DNA of 64,000 nt from a virus (taxonomy: Duplodnaviria; Caudoviricetes): IMG/VR virus record IMGVR_UViG_3300013383_000031, positions 7,550 through 71,549 of that record; one strand, written 5' to 3'. Below are positions 55,939-64,000 of the stretch, piece after piece; positions within the stretch are counted from its first letter, which is position 1; every line of letters begins with the position of its first letter. The notes under the pieces were generated by a model, which saw only the letters and a list, made by a program, of their open reading frames with translations, did not search any database and was not told the DNA's origin. The position numbers and the translations under genes were made by a program.

Positions 55939-56967
55939 ATGAAAAGACATAATGGGTTATATAATAAATTAATTGATATGGAAAATATCAAACTGGCTTA
56001 TCATAATGCCAGAAAAAATAAAACATGGCAAGAACAAGTAAAATATGTAGATAGAAACGCTGACGTGTTGTTAGAGCAGTTACAGCAATCTTTAATTAAT
56101 CATACTTTTCACACAGCTAAATATAAAACGAAAGATATTTATGAGCCAAAACATCGTGTTATATATATATTGCCGTTTTACCCAGATAGAATTGTACAAC
56201 ACGCTATTGTAAATGTCTTATCCCCGTTGTGGGATAGTATGTTTATTTATGACAGCTATGCATGTCGTAAGAACAAAGGGCAGCATAAAGGTAGCAAGAG
56301 GTGTATGGAGTACGCACGGCAATATGAATACTGCTTACAGGGCGATATTAGCAAGTTTTACCCTAGTATTCGACACGATATACTAAAACAAATTATACGC
56401 AAAAAGATTAAGGACAATGAGATGCTGTGGTTGTTAGATAATATTATTGATAGTACCAACACTGAGACAAACGTACCTATAGGAAATTTTTTGTCGCAAT
56501 GGTTTGGCAATTTATTTATGAATGAGTTAGATATGTACGTTAAGCATGTATTACACGTAACACCATATATTCGGTATTGCGACGATTTCTTGTTATTTGG
56601 GAACAACAAACAACACCTTCACAAGCTAGGAGTTTTGATTACAAACTTTATACAGGATAGATTATCAATGAAGTTAAGTAAGTTAAATCTATTCCATACG
56701 TATCAAGGCGTTGACTTTTTAGGGTATAGGCATTTCCACAATGGTAAAATATTAGTAAGGAAACGCACAGCAAAAAGAATCAAGAAAAGGATGAAATACA
56801 TTGGTACACAATTAATACATAACACCATCCAGCCAGAACGTGCCTTAGGACAAATTGCTAGTGCTAGTGGATGGCTTAAACACGCAAATACATATAACCT
56901 ACAAGTTAGCTTACACCTAAAAGAACTAAAAGAGGAGGTCGAATATGAAAAACGTTCACAGATTTAG
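55939..56967 (+). CDS. DGR reverse transcriptase
   Basis: PFYPDRIVQ, SYACRKNKG.H, GDISKFYPSI, PIGNFLSQ (DGR-type), RYCDDF, DFLGY; start MKRH with SD GAGG. Confidence 0.97.
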   Translation: MKRHNGLYNKLIDMENIKLAYHNARKNKTWQEQVKYVDRNADVLLEQLQQSLINHTFHTAKYKTKDIYEPKHRVIYILPFYPDRIVQHAIVNVLSPLWDSMFIYDSYACRKNKGQHKGSKRCMEYARQYEYCLQGDISKFYPSIRHDILKQIIRKKIKDNEMLWLLDNIIDSTNTETNVPIGNFLSQWFGNLFMNELDMYVKHVLHVTPYIRYCDDFLLFGNNKQHLHKLGVLITNFIQDRLSMKLSKLNLFHTYQGVDFLGYRHFHNGKILVRKRTAKRIKKRMKYIGTQLIHNTIQPERALGQIASASGWLKHANTYNLQVSLHLKELKEEVEYEKRSQI

Positions 56968-57235
56968 CGATTTCGCAAATGATAACATTCTTGACGGTGA
57001 AAAGAAACGTTTGTCTGAAATCCTTAATCAAGAAATTATTGTAACTAGTTTTAACGTGACACCTAGTAAAAAGAACAGTGGCGAATGTTTAAAATTACAA
57101 TATGAAATAGACGGAAAGAAATATGTTACATTCACTGGTAGCGTTGTCCTTATAAAGCAATGTAAGGAAAACAAAGACCAGATGCCGTTCGTAACAGTTA
57201 TTAAACAGGTTGGTAAATATTATTCATTCACATAA
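56945..57235 (+). CDS. Small beta-rich protein coupled to the RT (candidate DGR accessory)
   Basis: 96 aa, overlaps the RT stop, SD GAGGAGG. Confidence 0.7.
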   Translation: MKNVHRFSDFANDNILDGEKKRLSEILNQEIIVTSFNVTPSKKNSGECLKLQYEIDGKKYVTFTGSVVLIKQCKENKDQMPFVTVIKQVGKYYSFT

Positions 57236-57244
57236 GGAGGACTT

Positions 57245-57538
57245 ATGGTAGGATATCCTAAGCATTTAAATACCAAAGAAGATTATGAGTACGTTCGTAC
57301 TAATTTTCCTAAAGAACAGTGGAAAGCTGATTTTCAAGATTTATTAGACAGCCGTTGTGATTGGTTTAACGATGGCGTGGTTGAAGGACAAGGTATAACT
57401 GATGACACCCATAAAGTAGTAACAGATACACAAGAGAATAAATCATATCAATACGTATATAAAGACAACCCTAGTGCTAAAATACATCAACTAGGATACA
57501 CAGTTGACGAAGTCACTAACATTATCAATGGCAAGTAA
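57245..57538 (+). CDS. Conserved hypothetical protein (tail-fibre assembly-like?)
   Basis: MVGYPKHLNTKEDYEYVR..., SD AAGGAGG. Confidence 0.7.
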   Translation: MVGYPKHLNTKEDYEYVRTNFPKEQWKADFQDLLDSRCDWFNDGVVEGQGITDDTHKVVTDTQENKSYQYVYKDNPSAKIHQLGYTVDEVTNIINGK

Positions 57539-57586
57539 TTCTTATAGTAGTGGAGTAATTTGGGGGAGTTGCTTATTATATTTAAC

Positions 57587-57608
57587 GGGGGCTTAATGCC
57601 CCCTTTTT
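57587..57608 (+). terminator. Intrinsic terminator after the DGR cassette
   Basis: GGGGGC-TTAAT-GCCCCC-TTTTT. Confidence 0.85.
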
Positions 57609-57626
57609 ATTTATATCGGAGGAAAT

Positions 57627-57980
57627 ATGATACAAGTAGAATGTGTAACCGCCGCCCTACCAACAGACGTAGCTACAACGGTGAACACACAGGTACAATC
57701 ACTCGTTGCATCTAAGTATGAGATTTTAAATGTGTACCCTATTACAGTAGGCGATGCACGTTATGTATCGGCGATGATTGTATATAATACTACACCAACT
57801 ACAAATACATACGTAACACAGGAGGCACTAAGCAATACATTAAGTAGCTACGCTAAGAAAACAGAAATTCCTACTATTCCAACGGTTCCCACTAAGGTAT
57901 CTCAGCTCGAAAACGATGCTGGATACATTACACAATCCGTAGCTGATACTCTTTACGAACATAAAACTACGGGTGGATAA
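57627..57980 (+). CDS. Hypothetical protein with fibre-type repeat
   Basis: VPTKVSQLENDAGYIT motif. Confidence 0.65.
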   Translation: MIQVECVTAALPTDVATTVNTQVQSLVASKYEILNVYPITVGDARYVSAMIVYNTTPTTNTYVTQEALSNTLSSYAKKTEIPTIPTVPTKVSQLENDAGYITQSVADTLYEHKTTGG

Positions 57981-57988
57981 GGAGGATT

Positions 57989-58258
57989 ATGTTTATTTGG
58001 GATGATATTTTGGTGCTCGTTAGCATAACAACGGCATTGTGTAGTGGGTTTAAGTTTATTGTGATTAACCCATTAAAAGAGGCAATTAAGCAAAATACTT
58101 CGTTACTCGAAGAATTAAAACACGAATTACAACAAAGTGCATTAGATAGGCGGATGTTAGATAAGCGTATTTCTGCTTTAGAAGCTTTACATAAAGTAAA
58201 TGAAGATAGATTAGCACAGTTAGAAAAGATTGTACATAGGCTAGAAAGTAGTAAATGA
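57989..58258 (+). CDS. Single-TM coiled-coil lysis-associated protein (holin/antiholin-like)
   Basis: N-terminal TM then coiled coil; upstream of holin and lysin. Confidence 0.55.
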   Translation: MFIWDDILVLVSITTALCSGFKFIVINPLKEAIKQNTSLLEELKHELQQSALDRRMLDKRISALEALHKVNEDRLAQLEKIVHRLESSK

Positions 58259-58620
58259 AAACATTTATTTCAGCCATTAAGACTTCTTTAAATAAAGTAT
58301 TAGAAATCGGTAAAACACCTAAGAATTATCGGTGGATTAATGTTATTCTATGGGCTTATGCATATTTATTTATTATGTATAATGCAGGATGGATATGGAA
58401 TTGGATGACGACAGGCATTGCTGCCCTTGGTGATTTAATTGCCTTGGGCACTTTAATGTTTTCACCAGCAGCTATCGCTGCACTTATAACTTTTATAAAG
58501 ATTAAAACTGACAAGAACGGTAATAAAATACCAGATTTTTTGGAGGATAAAAATGAAGGTAATCGACGTGAATGGATGGAGGGAGAACCCAGACCTGGCC
58601 CAGGCCCCAGACGAAATTAA
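58255..58620 (+). CDS. Holin-like protein
   Basis: Two to three TM segments, charged C-terminus with DKNGNKIPD. Confidence 0.6.
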   Translation: MKTFISAIKTSLNKVLEIGKTPKNYRWINVILWAYAYLFIMYNAGWIWNWMTTGIAALGDLIALGTLMFSPAAIAALITFIKIKTDKNGNKIPDFLEDKNEGNRREWMEGEPRPGPGPRRN

Positions 58621-59143
58621 AGGAATCATTATTAAGATTAGTGAAGGATGTTCCATTGATGAAGACTTTGATAGACACCTAGAAAACGCTATCGCACAGC
58701 GTGTACCGATTGGTGTATACTGTTATACCCACGCACGTGACGCTTCTCGTGCTAGTACCGAAGCGGCTACTCTTATTGAAAAGCTGAATGAATATGGTGA
58801 CCTTGATTTGTCCCTTGGTATTTGGTTTGACATCGAAGATGGTAATGTACCTAGTGGTAAATCTCCTTTTGAAGTGGCAGAAATTATCATGGGGTTTGTC
58901 AACACTATCACAGATTACTCTCATGATATTCCTGTAGGTATTTATTCTGGTTACTACTGTCTTACTGACCAGATTGATGTTGACTCGTTGCCAGATTATG
59001 TACGTATCTGGGTGGCAAACTATAGTTCTCGTAACTACTGGGACGAAGAACACCCAGACAGACAGTGTACTATGTGGCAGTATTCTGAATCTTATCCTAT
59101 TGGAAATGATTATTACGATGTAGAGGAATGGTATGACGAATGA
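58553..59143 (+). CDS. GH25 muramidase endolysin, catalytic domain only
   Basis: VIDVNGW, IIKISEG, GVYCY, WFDIE, GIYSG, WVANY, MWQYS. Confidence 0.93.
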   Translation: MKVIDVNGWRENPDLAQAPDEIKGIIIKISEGCSIDEDFDRHLENAIAQRVPIGVYCYTHARDASRASTEAATLIEKLNEYGDLDLSLGIWFDIEDGNVPSGKSPFEVAEIIMGFVNTITDYSHDIPVGIYSGYYCLTDQIDVDSLPDYVRIWVANYSSRNYWDEEHPDRQCTMWQYSESYPIGNDYYDVEEWYDE

Positions 59144-59450
59144 AATTAAAAAGTATCTTGCTATGTTCGCTCTTATTGTTGCCATCTTTATCGGGGGTTT
59201 CTGCTCAGGATATTACTATCAGTCAGGGAGATTGGACAGACTTCAAGAACGACTTGATATTATTGCAGAACAACAACAAGAAACAGCTAGAAACATTGGA
59301 CAAGCAGAAACAGGAATTGACACTGCTAAAGACACAACTGGACGAATCGAGGACAGCGTTGACGAGAGCAGAAGAGTCGAACAATCAACTACAGAAATCC
59401 TTGAACGAATCCAAAAAAGAATTGAAAAAGTTGAAGCCGAAAACCGTTAA
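59133..59450 (+). CDS. i-spanin (Rz-like)
   Basis: N-terminal TM followed by a long coiled coil, directly after the endolysin. Confidence 0.7.
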   Translation: MTNEIKKYLAMFALIVAIFIGGFCSGYYYQSGRLDRLQERLDIIAEQQQETARNIGQAETGIDTAKDTTGRIEDSVDESRRVEQSTTEILERIQKRIEKVEAENR

Positions 59451-59571
59451 TGTTGGTGTAGGTTTGGTATACTACGATAGTAAAGTGAAGCCAGCCATTA
59501 GTCTTAGTTATCACGACGTCACAGTGACTGGTAACAAGGATTACGTTGGTGTATTCTATAATCTTTTGTGA
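59140..59571 (+). CDS. Overlapping o-spanin-like partner (signal peptide, coiled coil, C-terminal amphipathic beta-strands)
   Basis: Begins 7 nt after the Rz-like start in the +1 frame; MKLKSILLCSLLLLPSLSGVSA|Q; ends VNVGVGLVYY...YVGVFYNLL. Confidence 0.6.
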   Translation: MKLKSILLCSLLLLPSLSGVSAQDITISQGDWTDFKNDLILLQNNNKKQLETLDKQKQELTLLKTQLDESRTALTRAEESNNQLQKSLNESKKELKKLKPKTVNVGVGLVYYDSKVKPAISLSYHDVTVTGNKDYVGVFYNLL

Positions 59572-59579
59572 GGTGATAT

Positions 59580-61124
59580 ATGGCTTATCAAGTACGTAAA
59601 CACGAAGCTAAACAGGTACTGGAGTTCAGTGACAATACTGGTGGTATGAATATATCTCTCGAACCAGATAAAATTAATGAGAATGAATGTGTGGACGCTA
59701 CTAATTTGCAGTTTAATTTTTATACTGGTAAGTTTTGTACTCGACCAGCTATTGATACCCCTATTGACACTGAGTCTCAACCTGTTACACATCTATGGTA
59801 CGACGCTTCTACACGTATTACATACTTCTTCGTTGGCGGTGCTAATCAAAAGAAAACTATTAAAATGTTAAATGGTGCTGGTACAATTACGACACTTGGT
59901 CAAACTACTGGCACCATTGATAAGCCTAAATGTTTAAACTTCGGTGGTAATGTATTTATTGCTAGCGGTCGTAAACTACAGGCTTATCTAATTCAGCCGC
60001 CGCCTTGGTTAGTTTCTCAGCGAAACAAACTAGTCACACTTGATGGGTCTAGTGTGGCTGAAGGTATTCTTAATGATAGTCCTAATGTAGATGTGTTGTA
60101 CTATAAATCTGGCAGATTGGTGTGTGCAGCCAGTGGCGATGATACCATCTACTACTCTTCTGTTGGCGACGCCCTGAGTGAGAAGGCTATTGGTATTGAT
60201 TACGACGACCCCGACGATGAATCTTCTGCTAAGTATATTAGTAACGTAGGTGCTGATGACTCTGGTAAGTTCTTAACCATTGTACCAATGTCTACCGATA
60301 TTGTAGTATTCAAAACATCTGGGAACGTATATACTGTATCTGGCGAAGCTCCTAACTGGTATATCTCTTTGGTTGGTACTAACTCGGACGCAGTAGGTGC
60401 AGACGCTATTGTTCCATTTGCGAATGATATTGCCTTCGTATCTACTCAGGGGTTGCGTAAACTAACCAACAGTGCTACGTATGGTAACTACAGTACAGAA
60501 GAGTTTGGGCAGAAATGTAACCCAGATATTATGGATGGTATTTCTAACCCGTGGCTATCTGACTTACGTGATAGACGTCAGATGGTAGTCGCTAAAAATA
60601 ACTACAGTGATTTGTATATCTTCCACTATAACTACGGTGCTTTCACCAAGTGGAACTTTGATGGTAGTATTACCATCTACGATATGACAGAAACTCAGAA
60701 CGGTGTACTTATTGCTGGTGCTCGTGATGGTCAAGGGTTTTTGTCTTATCTCAATGATACTATCGAACAGGACTTTAATGAGTTACCAATTAATCAGGTG
60801 TATACTTCTCGTGTTGTACACGACTATGATTTAATTAACTCCCACGTTAACAATATTCAAATTACAAACAACGGTGGCAGTGGAACAACTACTGCTTCTT
60901 GTAATGGACATGTGTTTGCTACATTAGATACTGATACATCTATTAAGCATGTCCGCTCGCAGATTCGTGATGAGACATTACAGTATTCTATTTCTACCAC
61001 GAATAGAATTGATATTGAACATTTAGCGGCAACTGTTATTTCAAGTACAGATGGGAGTGGAGCTAGGAACAATGGCAGTACAGGACAGTGGACTTCTCTC
61101 GCTGACGCAATTAACTCACGTTGA
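59580..61124 (+). CDS. Tail nozzle/tubular protein (P22 gp10 / T7 gp12-like beta-propeller)
   Basis: FSDNTGGMN, RLVCA...IYYSSVGD, DIVVFK, FVSTQGLR. Confidence 0.8.
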   Translation: MAYQVRKHEAKQVLEFSDNTGGMNISLEPDKINENECVDATNLQFNFYTGKFCTRPAIDTPIDTESQPVTHLWYDASTRITYFFVGGANQKKTIKMLNGAGTITTLGQTTGTIDKPKCLNFGGNVFIASGRKLQAYLIQPPPWLVSQRNKLVTLDGSSVAEGILNDSPNVDVLYYKSGRLVCAASGDDTIYYSSVGDALSEKAIGIDYDDPDDESSAKYISNVGADDSGKFLTIVPMSTDIVVFKTSGNVYTVSGEAPNWYISLVGTNSDAVGADAIVPFANDIAFVSTQGLRKLTNSATYGNYSTEEFGQKCNPDIMDGISNPWLSDLRDRRQMVVAKNNYSDLYIFHYNYGAFTKWNFDGSITIYDMTETQNGVLIAGARDGQGFLSYLNDTIEQDFNELPINQVYTSRVVHDYDLINSHVNNIQITNNGGSGTTTASCNGHVFATLDTDTSIKHVRSQIRDETLQYSISTTNRIDIEHLAATVISSTDGSGARNNGSTGQWTSLADAINSR

Positions 61125-61461
61125 TTTCGATGAGAAGAAGTTAGAAGAAAAGATTAAAACATATGAAAAGAAAACTGGCGAAGTCTTATCAGAAGAACGT
61201 AAGAAATTCAAGTACGTTAAGTTCTGGGACGACGGCAGTTTTCTTTTATTTAATATCTACGAAAAATATTTCCAGATAGGGCCTACTAATTGTAAATGGG
61301 AAGCCGTGTGGGAATACGTAACTACAGTGTGTAAGATACTTGGAATCAAAACGTGTTACACGTTTACCAATAGAAACCCAAAGGCTTACACACGATTAAC
61401 TCATAGTAAATTCATCTCTATGCAAGATGGTTATGCTATTATCAGAAAGGACGTGAACTAA
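61051..61461 (+). CDS. Small virion-assembly protein (GNAT-like?); start uncertain
   Basis: Position between nozzle and ejection proteins; TNRNPKAYTRL. Confidence 0.45.
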   Translation: MGVELGTMAVQDSGLLSLTQLTHVDFDEKKLEEKIKTYEKKTGEVLSEERKKFKYVKFWDDGSFLLFNIYEKYFQIGPTNCKWEAVWEYVTTVCKILGIKTCYTFTNRNPKAYTRLTHSKFISMQDGYAIIRKDVN

Positions 61462-62195
61462 TGGGTGGCGGACATTCCAGCTCTTCCTCTTCTCAGGAAG
61501 TAAAACAGAGAGAATTATCGCAGGAAGAAAAGGACTTAATTGCGGCACAGACTAGATATATGCAGAGTATCCAACCAGCCGTAGATAAGTTAGTACAGCG
61601 GTCTAATAGTTCTATTGATAACGTATATCAACCAGATTGGACTAAGGCTCATAATGACATGTCCAATACATTGAATAATGCTACTAGTCAGATTCAAGGA
61701 TTGAACAAGTATACTAATCAGTTGGAACAGATTAGTAATGGTGAACTACCGCAGTCTTATTTGCAGAACATGCAGACTGTATATAACAACATGTACAAAA
61801 CAAGTATGGGTGCTGGCCTCAACGATTTAGCTAGCCGTGGTGTTATTAACTCCTCTGCTCTCAACAATGCAACCAACCAGATTCAGAAGAACCTTACCAA
61901 CCAGATGGCACAGGATTATTCTAACAACCTTAACCAGGCTGCTAACCTTACGAACAATACTCTTAGCCAGAACCTTAACCTTATTAACTCTCAGGTTCAA
62001 AACGCAAATGATAAATACAATCTCAACTCTTCTACGCAGGCTAACAGTATGTATCTTCCGTCTCAGTGGTTGGCTCTTGCTAGTGGTGTTAATACCTCTG
62101 GTAATAATACCCTCAACTCTGTTGGTAACGTATACAACAATGCGTCTTATATTGCGACTAATACAAACACTCGGTCGAAGACTGGGTTATTCTAA
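61461..62195 (+). CDS. Internal virion (ejection) protein
   Basis: MGGGHSSSSS, N/Q-rich helical, GLNDLASRGVINSS motif. Confidence 0.7.
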   Translation: MGGGHSSSSSSQEVKQRELSQEEKDLIAAQTRYMQSIQPAVDKLVQRSNSSIDNVYQPDWTKAHNDMSNTLNNATSQIQGLNKYTNQLEQISNGELPQSYLQNMQTVYNNMYKTSMGAGLNDLASRGVINSSALNNATNQIQKNLTNQMAQDYSNNLNQAANLTNNTLSQNLNLINSQVQNANDKYNLNSSTQANSMYLPSQWLALASGVNTSGNNTLNSVGNVYNNASYIATNTNTRSKTGLF

Positions 62196-62211
62196 GCGAG
62201 GTGATAAATAA

Positions 62212-63348
62212 ATGATTGTAGCTCCGACTACTCACAACTGGGAAGTAGACCATGGCCCGTTGGCTGGTCTTGGTGGTTTGCTTTCTGGTAACGGTGATGG
62301 TTTCTTAACCCAGCTTGCTAACGCCTTCAACGCAGCTCAAGGTGGCGATGGTAAGAGTGGTCTTATTGGTTTGTTTATGCAAGGAAGGAATAACCGTGAC
62401 GACGCTAAACTAGCCTATGACAAAAATGTAGGTGAAAGTTTGAAGAACGCTAATGGTCTGATTAATGCTGCCAATCAGTACTTAAAAGACGATGGTACTT
62501 ACGATGTTGACGCACTCATGAAGAACCCTGACGCCCGTGGACTTTTTGCTAACTACGGTATGTACAACCTTAATAATGATAATATCTCTAGTGCGGTTAA
62601 AAACGCTCAAGGTTATAATGACACATATGGTGACCATGCTCAAATGGGTTACGCACAAATGCATAAACTGGCTGACTATCCAGAATATAAAGCATTTGAC
62701 CCACGCACTAGTTATACACAAACAGCACAACAGGAAGCAACTTCTCCAGCCCCAACTAACGGCGGTTTGATGGATACTGTTGGTAGCACAGCAACTCCTA
62801 CCGCTACCACGCCAACTGGTGACATGCAGAACCACACTAACAACAACACTTGGCACTTAGCTGATATGGGTTCTTCTACTCCTGACGCTAGTCAGCTTAT
62901 GGCTAACGCTACACAGGTAGATGATATTAATCTGCCTACTCGTGATAGCTCTTTGAGTAAACAGTCCGAACAAGAAGGGCAGAAGGCTACGCAGGAAGCA
63001 GTAAATAAAGGTATGGAAGCAGCTAATAAAGGGCCAGGTTTACTTGGTTCTGTAATTAAAGGTGCTATCATTGGTGCCGCTACTGGTGGTTCTGGTTGGG
63101 CAGGTGCTTTAAATGGTGCTAAGAACTGGGGCCTTGGGCAACTCGGTGGGGTAGGTCAGCTTTATGGTGCCTACCAAGGAATCTCTGACGCTACCAAGGG
63201 AACCCCTACAGTAGACGCAACACAGCAGGTAGCACAGAACCCAATGGGTAACTGGCAACAGTTCTCCCTTACCCAACCTACAGGATATCAAATGGGGAAC
63301 TACGGTTCTTCCTTTATGAGAAATAACGGATATGGAGGATTATTCTAA
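62212..63348 (+). CDS. Internal virion (ejection) protein with Gly/Ala-rich segments
   Basis: GPLAGLGGLL and GAIIGAATGG...GGVGQLYGA hydrophobic Gly-rich helices. Confidence 0.65.
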   Translation: MIVAPTTHNWEVDHGPLAGLGGLLSGNGDGFLTQLANAFNAAQGGDGKSGLIGLFMQGRNNRDDAKLAYDKNVGESLKNANGLINAANQYLKDDGTYDVDALMKNPDARGLFANYGMYNLNNDNISSAVKNAQGYNDTYGDHAQMGYAQMHKLADYPEYKAFDPRTSYTQTAQQEATSPAPTNGGLMDTVGSTATPTATTPTGDMQNHTNNNTWHLADMGSSTPDASQLMANATQVDDINLPTRDSSLSKQSEQEGQKATQEAVNKGMEAANKGPGLLGSVIKGAIIGAATGGSGWAGALNGAKNWGLGQLGGVGQLYGAYQGISDATKGTPTVDATQQVAQNPMGNWQQFSLTQPTGYQMGNYGSSFMRNNGYGGLF

Positions 63349-64000
63349 TGGCTACACCAGCTTATTTTGCCGAAGGCCAGCAATACTCTGATGATGATAT
63401 CCTTGCAGCCATCGCACAAAAAGAAAGCGGTGGCTCTGATGACCCATGGAACGTAACTAACCAATACGGTATGCGAGGCCCATGGCAATTCTCTCCTGAT
63501 ACATATGCAGAAGTCGCTAAACAAAACGGTCTCGATGGTTCTGATTGGTCTCCTGAAAACCAAACAGCCGTTGCTCGTGCCCATATCCATGACCTGAGAA
63601 GTAAGTACGGTGATATTGGTGCTATCCAAGCGTGGCTTGGTGGAGAAGGTAATGTAGGTAACGGAGACTTTACTGACGGAAACGGAGTTTCTATTAATCA
63701 GTATACACAAGACGTATTAAACAATTTGCAGAACTTCACTGGTCAAGACCCGTCATCTATTTACGGAAAGAACTCTGGCCCATATCAGACTAACTTACTT
63801 GAAGGATATCGACGTGCTGGCGGTATATTAAACAACCCTAATGAACCTTTCCCTTCTGACTTTGTACAACGCATGATGGCACAACCCACGGTGAATGCAA
63901 GTCAAAGGGTAATGAATGACTTCTTACAAAACCAAGCACCAGAGATTACGGCTCGTGCTATGGGAGCGTACAACCGTAACAAAGATTTCTTTAACGCTGA
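63348..64000 (+). CDS. Internal virion protein with N-terminal lysozyme-like/lytic transglycosylase domain, 3'-truncated
   Basis: Read manually: MATPAYF...AIAQKESGG...GMRGPWQFSPDTY...SPENQTAVA...AIQAWLGG; frame open to the window end. Confidence 0.8.
   Translation, partial: MATPAYFAEGQQYSDDDILAAIAQKESGGSDDPWNVTNQYGMRGPWQFSPDTYAEVAKQNGLDGSDWSPENQTAVARAHIHDLRSKYGDIGAIQAWLGGEGNVGNGDFTDGNGVSINQYTQDVLNNLQNFTGQDPSSIYGKNSGPYQTNLLEGYRRAGGILNNPNEPFPSDFVQRMMAQPTVNASQRVMNDFLQNQAPEITARAMGAYNRNKDFFNA

Noticed and set aside
1-64000. Integrase, repressor or second DGR target
   Set aside because: No tyrosine/serine recombinase or CI-like gene was recognised, and no second TR-like repeat was seen by eye. 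These could lie outside the window.

Overview
The window is a large fragment of a tailed dsDNA phage genome. The gene set is podovirus-like: portal, scaffold, major capsid, adaptor/nozzle and internal ejection proteins, with no tape-measure, sheath or integrase gene visible. Firmicutes-type SD and sigmaA promoters, a GH25 lysin with no wall-binding domain and a spanin-like pair suggest a diderm Firmicutes (Negativicutes-like) anaerobic host (inference). Layout: 1-5.3 kb, end of a giant virion/polyvalent protein. 5.3-8.6 kb, minus-strand small genes, a repeat array, a structured non-coding segment and tRNA-Cys. 8.7-24.3 kb, replication and nucleotide metabolism (RemA-like, DnaE, Rad52-like, primase-helicase, Cas4-like, resolvase, ThyX-like, intein-containing class II RNR, phosphoesterase, TerS-like). 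24.3-35.7 kb, minus-strand early/accessory block (SNF2 helicase, two amidoligases plus a glutamine amidotransferase, a type II hammerhead ribozyme, a repeated promoter-like motif, boxA). 36-64 kb, morphogenesis and lysis. Best candidate for an undescribed system: a tail protein ending in CNCDCNCNCDC followed directly, in one overlapping operon, by a QueC-like PP-loop ATPase, a PLP Cys/Met lyase, an atypical DAACS amino-acid transporter and a radical SAM/SPASM enzyme (47.4-51.4 kb). I interpret this as a sulfur-supply plus protein-modification cassette for a virion protein. A complete avd-less diversity-generating retroelement targets the downstream tail fibre. All family assignments come from motif recognition by eye; no database searches were run.
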